Positions 59,290 through 64,000 of a stretch of 64,000 nt of DNA are shown here, piece by piece. Both the position numbers and the translations under genes were made by a program. The notes under the pieces are model-generated. The model worked only from the letters and a program-made list of their open reading frames with translations, was not told the DNA's origin and did no database searches. Source of the DNA: Camelus dromedarius (Eukaryota); NCBI RefSeq assembly GCF_036321535.1, contig NC_087447.1, positions 39,868,001 through 39,932,000 on the forward strand. The letters run 5' to 3'. How positions within the stretch are numbered: position 1 is the stretch's first letter; each line of letters begins with the position of its first letter.

Positions 59290-61800
59290 AAAGTTTTTTT
59301 TTTTTTTATTACATCATGGTCATAGGATTTGGTCTGTATAATAACTCCTTGAGACTTCCCGGACATAGTCAAATTTTGTAAGTGTTCCATGCACAGTAGA
59401 AAAGGATGACAATATTCCAACTTTGGGGTGTTGCTAGTTAGTAATATTGTCCAGATCTTTATCCTCATGAACTTTTTCTTTAATGTATTATTAAGAGAAA
59501 TATCTTCATCTACTGTGATGGCAGATTTGTCAAATTCTTCTTGAAATTCTGGTTGTCATTTTTTATTTTTAGATATTTGATGCACACAAGTGCATTATTT
59601 TCCTAGTATTTTTAGCCTCATTAATATGTAGAGACTTGCTGAGTGATGCTTTTTGCCTGAAAGTCTATTTCATCTGATATTAAATTAGTTACCTTAGCTT
59701 TCTTTTAATTAGTAGTAGTCTAGTAAATATGATTATTTCCACTTTTTCTTTCAACTTTTCTGTGTCCTCATATATTAAGACTGTCTCTAGTAAATAACAT
59801 ACAGCAAGATTTTTTGTTAGCACGTCTGACAGTCTTTGTCTTTTAAATGAATAAAGTAAATTTACATTGATTGGGTTGATGAATATACTTGGATTCACTT
59901 CTACTGACTTATTTTGAACTTCCTACTACTCAGCTTTTCCGATTCTTCATCCCCTCTTCCATCCTTGCTGCCTCTGGGACTAAGGCTTCTATTCTCTCTC
60001 ATTTCATTTTCGCCTCATGACTAGTAGGGAGGTTATACACTCTGTTTTATTATTTTAGTGGTTTCCCTAGAAAATTTATCACGTGTATTTAACTTAATAG
60101 AGTCTTACGTTAATTAGTCTCTTTATCCACATACTAAATGATACAAGGCCCTCAGCACGCTCTGACTCTAACCACTCTGCCTGACTTAAGTGCTACAGTT
60201 GTCTGGGATTCTGATATCTTTATTTTTTGTTGCATTTCAGGTCTTTCTTTTGTGTTCATTTTCCTTCTTCATGGAGTGCATCCTTTAGAAATTTCTGTTA
60301 GTGAGAGTATATTGGTAGTTAATCCTCTCAGTTCATGTTTGCATAAAATGCCTTAATTTTTCTCCCATCGTAAAAACACAGGAGTTTTTTTTCTGGGTAT
60401 AAACATGTAAGTTAACATTTTTTTCCACTTTTGAAAATTTTATTTCAATATCTTCAGGATTTTATTGTTCCTGACAAAAGACAGCTTTCAGTCTGTTGTT
60501 CTTTTACAGGTAATTTCTTTCTTTCTCTCTGCTTTTAATCTTTTATCTTCAGTGTTCTTAGGTTTCATTATAAGTGGGTAGGTATAGATTTCTGGATATT
60601 TATCCTGTTTGGGATTCCATGAGATTCCTGAATCGGAGAATGCATATCTTTCATCAATTCTGGAAAGTTCTGACTCATTGTGTCTTTAAATATTGCCTAT
60701 ACTCCATTCTCTTTCTTTTCTCCTGCTAGAATTCCAATTAGTCTTATGTTCGATTTTCTTAACCTCTATGTCTTCTAATTTTTGTTTTCCACTCCACTGT
60801 CTCCCTAATACTGCATCCTGGGTAATTTTCAACGCCACCTTGCAGTTCATCAATTCCTTCTTCAGCTGTGTCTAATCCACTGAGGTTTCCCATTTCATTA
60901 TTCCATTTTTCTCATTTCTACAAGTTCTATTTGGTTCCCTTTCACATCGTTCCAACTTTGATAGTTATTTATTCTTTTATCATCCTTTCAATAGTCTTTT
61001 AAAACTTTTACTTTGACATATTAAATATATTTTACACGCCGTAAGTGATCAGTTGCTAACATCCATAGCATCTGTGGGATGAATCTACAGTTTATTGTTT
61101 TGGCTGATGCTTGTTCATGGTGGCTTCCTTTCATGTATTGGGTAATTTCTAATTCTGAACTCATTTGCCTTGGAATTTTATCTCTGGGAATTTTTTGAGG
61201 CCTGGGTTTAAAGTTCATTCCTCTAAAAGGACATATGTTTGCTTCTACCTTGGGGAGCACAGGTAACTTGGAACCACTTTAAACTACATTTTCAGCTTGG
61301 GGCTTTTAAAGCCAAATAAGCAGTGTGAATCCTAGCCCTAAAAATCTGTGTGAGTACAGACATTAGATGATAAGGAACTGTCAGGGACAGACCTTTTCTT
61401 TGTTCTGCTCCACTCATACCTAAGGCTGAGACAGACACTTGTCCTTACTGTCTCTCTCTGTGGGACAAGATTTTCTAGTTTACCCACTGACAGTGTTACC
61501 CTTCAGAGACTCTGGATTTACTCAGGGGTCTCTGATCCAATTCTTCTTCTTTTCAGACTCCACCAAGACTTTGTGTCTTAACCCTGTAAGTGTGGCCCCT
61601 TAAACCTCTGGCTATACAGGTCATTAGAAATTAACACATCTTACTGAATTTACATTTCCTTGTTGTTTTCAGCATCAGAAAGATTTTCTTCCCTTCCAGT
61701 TTAGCCATGCAATACAAAAATATGTTTTTTTTAAAGGCTTATCCAGTTTTTGAAGTATGCAGCACCAAGAGGATTTGTCTGAACATATAGTTATCCATAA
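59290..61800 (-). mobile_element. Old, heavily decayed L1M region
   Basis: T-rich on the + strand, with L1 endonuclease/ORF1-like remnants (ORF 59689-59898 KRQRLSD...VCYLLET.L...D.EKLK.K). Confidence 0.7.
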
Positions 61801-62491
61801 TGTTGAAACTCAAAATCTATTTTCTTATCTTATTACATTAATCAGTAATATCCCACTTAAAATGGTGGTGATAGCCATCATCTTTGACTTGTTCCTCATA
61901 CCATGTCTTTGATATTTCACTATTTAATGTGTTCACTGTTAGATTTTGTATAAATGGTCTTTATCATATTTAGGTAGTTTCCTTTTCTTCCTATTTCACT
62001 TGGGATAGCTGTTGAAATGTACGAAGTATTATTTGACATCTACTGATAGATTCAGTTTCGTTACTAAAACTTATATGAATACTCTACCACTTTTCATAAA
62101 ATTGATAATGTATAAACATGAAAAAAAAATTCAAGCTGTGAAAATTAAGTCCCTGCTTCCCATTGTAGTCCCAAGTTCCCTAGTTCCATTCTATAGAGTT
62201 TACTGTGACTTACCAGAGACATTCTCTACATGCTCAAGCATTAGATGTGTCTCTTAATGCACACACAGGACACACATATACACACAATTCTGCACCCAAC
62301 TTTTTTTTACTTAGTAAGACATTTGAGAGAGCATCTCTACTACTTATAAATAAAAGAACAATAAAAAGACTTTTATCCAACTTCTGAGTCTTTCAGAGAC
62401 CAGAAAACCCCTCATCCAGAATAAGAATAGCATTATACATTATCTTCAACTAGCCGAGAATCAATGACTATTCCAGCAGCAAGGCTTTAGA

Positions 62492-62690
62492 GCAGCGCTT
62501 TAAAGTCCAAAAGAACTTTCTGCTATGATGGAAATGCTCATTTCCACAGAAACCAGTATGGCAGCCACCAGACACGTTTGGCTAGGGAGCACCTGAAGTG
62601 TGGCTGGTGTGACCAAGTAAATGAATTTTTAATTTCGGTTACTTTTAATAGCTACATGTGGTTAGTGGGCACTGTATCGGACAGCTCAGC
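62492..62690. mobile_element. MER3-like hAT-Charlie MITE
   Basis: gtccaaaagaactttctgctatgatggaaatg...agccaccagacacgtttggcta...gctacatgtggttagtgggcactgtatcggacagc. Confidence 0.75.
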
Positions 62691-63234
62691 TGTAAGGTTG
62701 TACAAGCCATTGTCCTGGTTTTACAGAAGAGTGACCTGAACTGCCAAGAAATATTTTAGTGGCGGAACCAAGATTGGTACTCAGATCTCCTATCTTTCCC
62801 TTCATTTCTCTTTCAATTTTAGCATAGCTGCTACTTCAGCCTGGTACTACTTTGGGTGTGGGGCAGCTACTCTCAAACTCTTCAAGCTGCTGCTCCTCCT
62901 GGAATTCATGGAGTCATCCCCATCTAATATCCACCTGAGAGTTAGCCTCGTGTACTTTAGCTGCTCATTCCCTACATCACTAGTTCTCATAAAGCTTTTC
63001 CCCGACTATACTGCTGCTCCTCTAGTTTGACGGAATCATTATTTCACAAAGAGATGCTTTGCTGGAGTTTCCTCTACTTCTTCTAAGCAACCCTCCTGTG
63101 CTCCTAGGTCGTCATCTTAAAGCTCCATTTCTGATCATGTCAATTTGCTCACAAGCCATCAGCAGTTACCCTTGCCCACCGAATGAAGTCTAAAATTCTT
63201 AATCCTTTATAATGCAAACTCATCATCTTTCTTT

Positions 63235-64000
63235 AAACAAATTTTTCATTTTAGAATGTTTTTCAGACTTATAGGAAAGCTGAAATGGCAGTTCAGATGG
63301 TTCCTACATACTCTAAATCCAGGTTCACCTCTTGTTAACATCTTACATTAATTACTATGGTGCATTTGTCAAAACTAATGAACTGACAGTGGCACATGAC
63401 TAGTCACTAAACTCCATATTTTATTTGGGTTTCACTAATTTTTCCCTAATGTCCTTTTTCTACTCACACCTACTCATCACTATCCCCCTCCGTTCTATGA
63501 TCATTTTTTAGAGATTCCTGGTTTTTCATGACCTTGACAGTTTCGAGGAGTCCTGGGTTTTTCCTATTTTTTTTTTAATGGTTAGACTGGGGACTCTGGG
63601 GAGGAAGATCACAGAAGTGAAGTGCCCTTTTCATCACATCCTATCAACATGACTTATCGTTGGTGATGCTAACTTTGATTTGGACAAATTAGTGTCTATA
63701 CCAGGTTCCTCCACTGTAAGGCTATTTGCGTGTCCTCCCCCTCCCCCAGCTCCATACCCTAATTATTGGAAGCCAGTCACTAAATCTAGTCTACTCAAGG
63801 GGTGGGGAGTTAACCTCTACATCCTTGAAGGAGTTGTAAATTCGTAACTTATTTGGAACTATTCTGTGAGGAAGAATTGTCCCTTTTCCCTCATTTAATC
63901 AGCTATTTTTATTGATATTAATGTGGATTTAAGGATATTTATTTTAGACTTTGGGTTATAATCCAGTATTACTTTTTTCCTCAAGTTGTCCCACCTTTAG
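63235..64000 (-). mobile_element. Old L1 (L1MC-type) 3' fragment running off the window
   Basis: gttaacatcttacat...tttgtcaaaactaa...catgaccttgacagtttcgaggagt...ggaagatcacagaagtgaagtgcccttttcatcacatc. Confidence 0.75.

Noticed and set aside
1..64000. CRISPR arrays, operons or prokaryotic defence systems
   Set aside because: The sequence is a spliced mammalian gene locus; no repeat-spacer array or prokaryotic gene was seen.

Overview
Mammalian genomic DNA, most likely from a camelid, judging by three copies of a tRNA-derived SINE resembling the camelid vic-1 family. The window holds the 3' part of the alpha-parvin gene PARVA on the minus strand: nine coding exons (141, 116, 59, 20, 62, 69, 102, 73 and 77 nt; 719 nt in total), all with GT-AG junctions. 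They splice into an intact frame covering the rest of CH1, the linker and all of CH2 (residues ~134-372), matching human PARVA as I recall it. The stop is at 24401-24403, followed by a 3'UTR with several candidate poly(A) signals down to ~19.7 kb. Exons 1-4 lie beyond the right edge. Positions 1-~19.6 kb are intergenic and rich in old MIR, L2, L3 and LTR fragments. The last intron carries a decayed, essentially full-length L1 in the gene's sense orientation, with three younger nested insertions. Other points of interest are a ~170-bp direct repeat flanking exon 5, a 22-nt templated-looking duplication, a candidate transposon-derived poison exon and a 20-nt microexon. I found no convincing new multi-gene system. 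Almost all listed ORFs are spurious or L1 remnants. Repeat family names come from memory of consensus sequences, and repeat boundaries are approximate.
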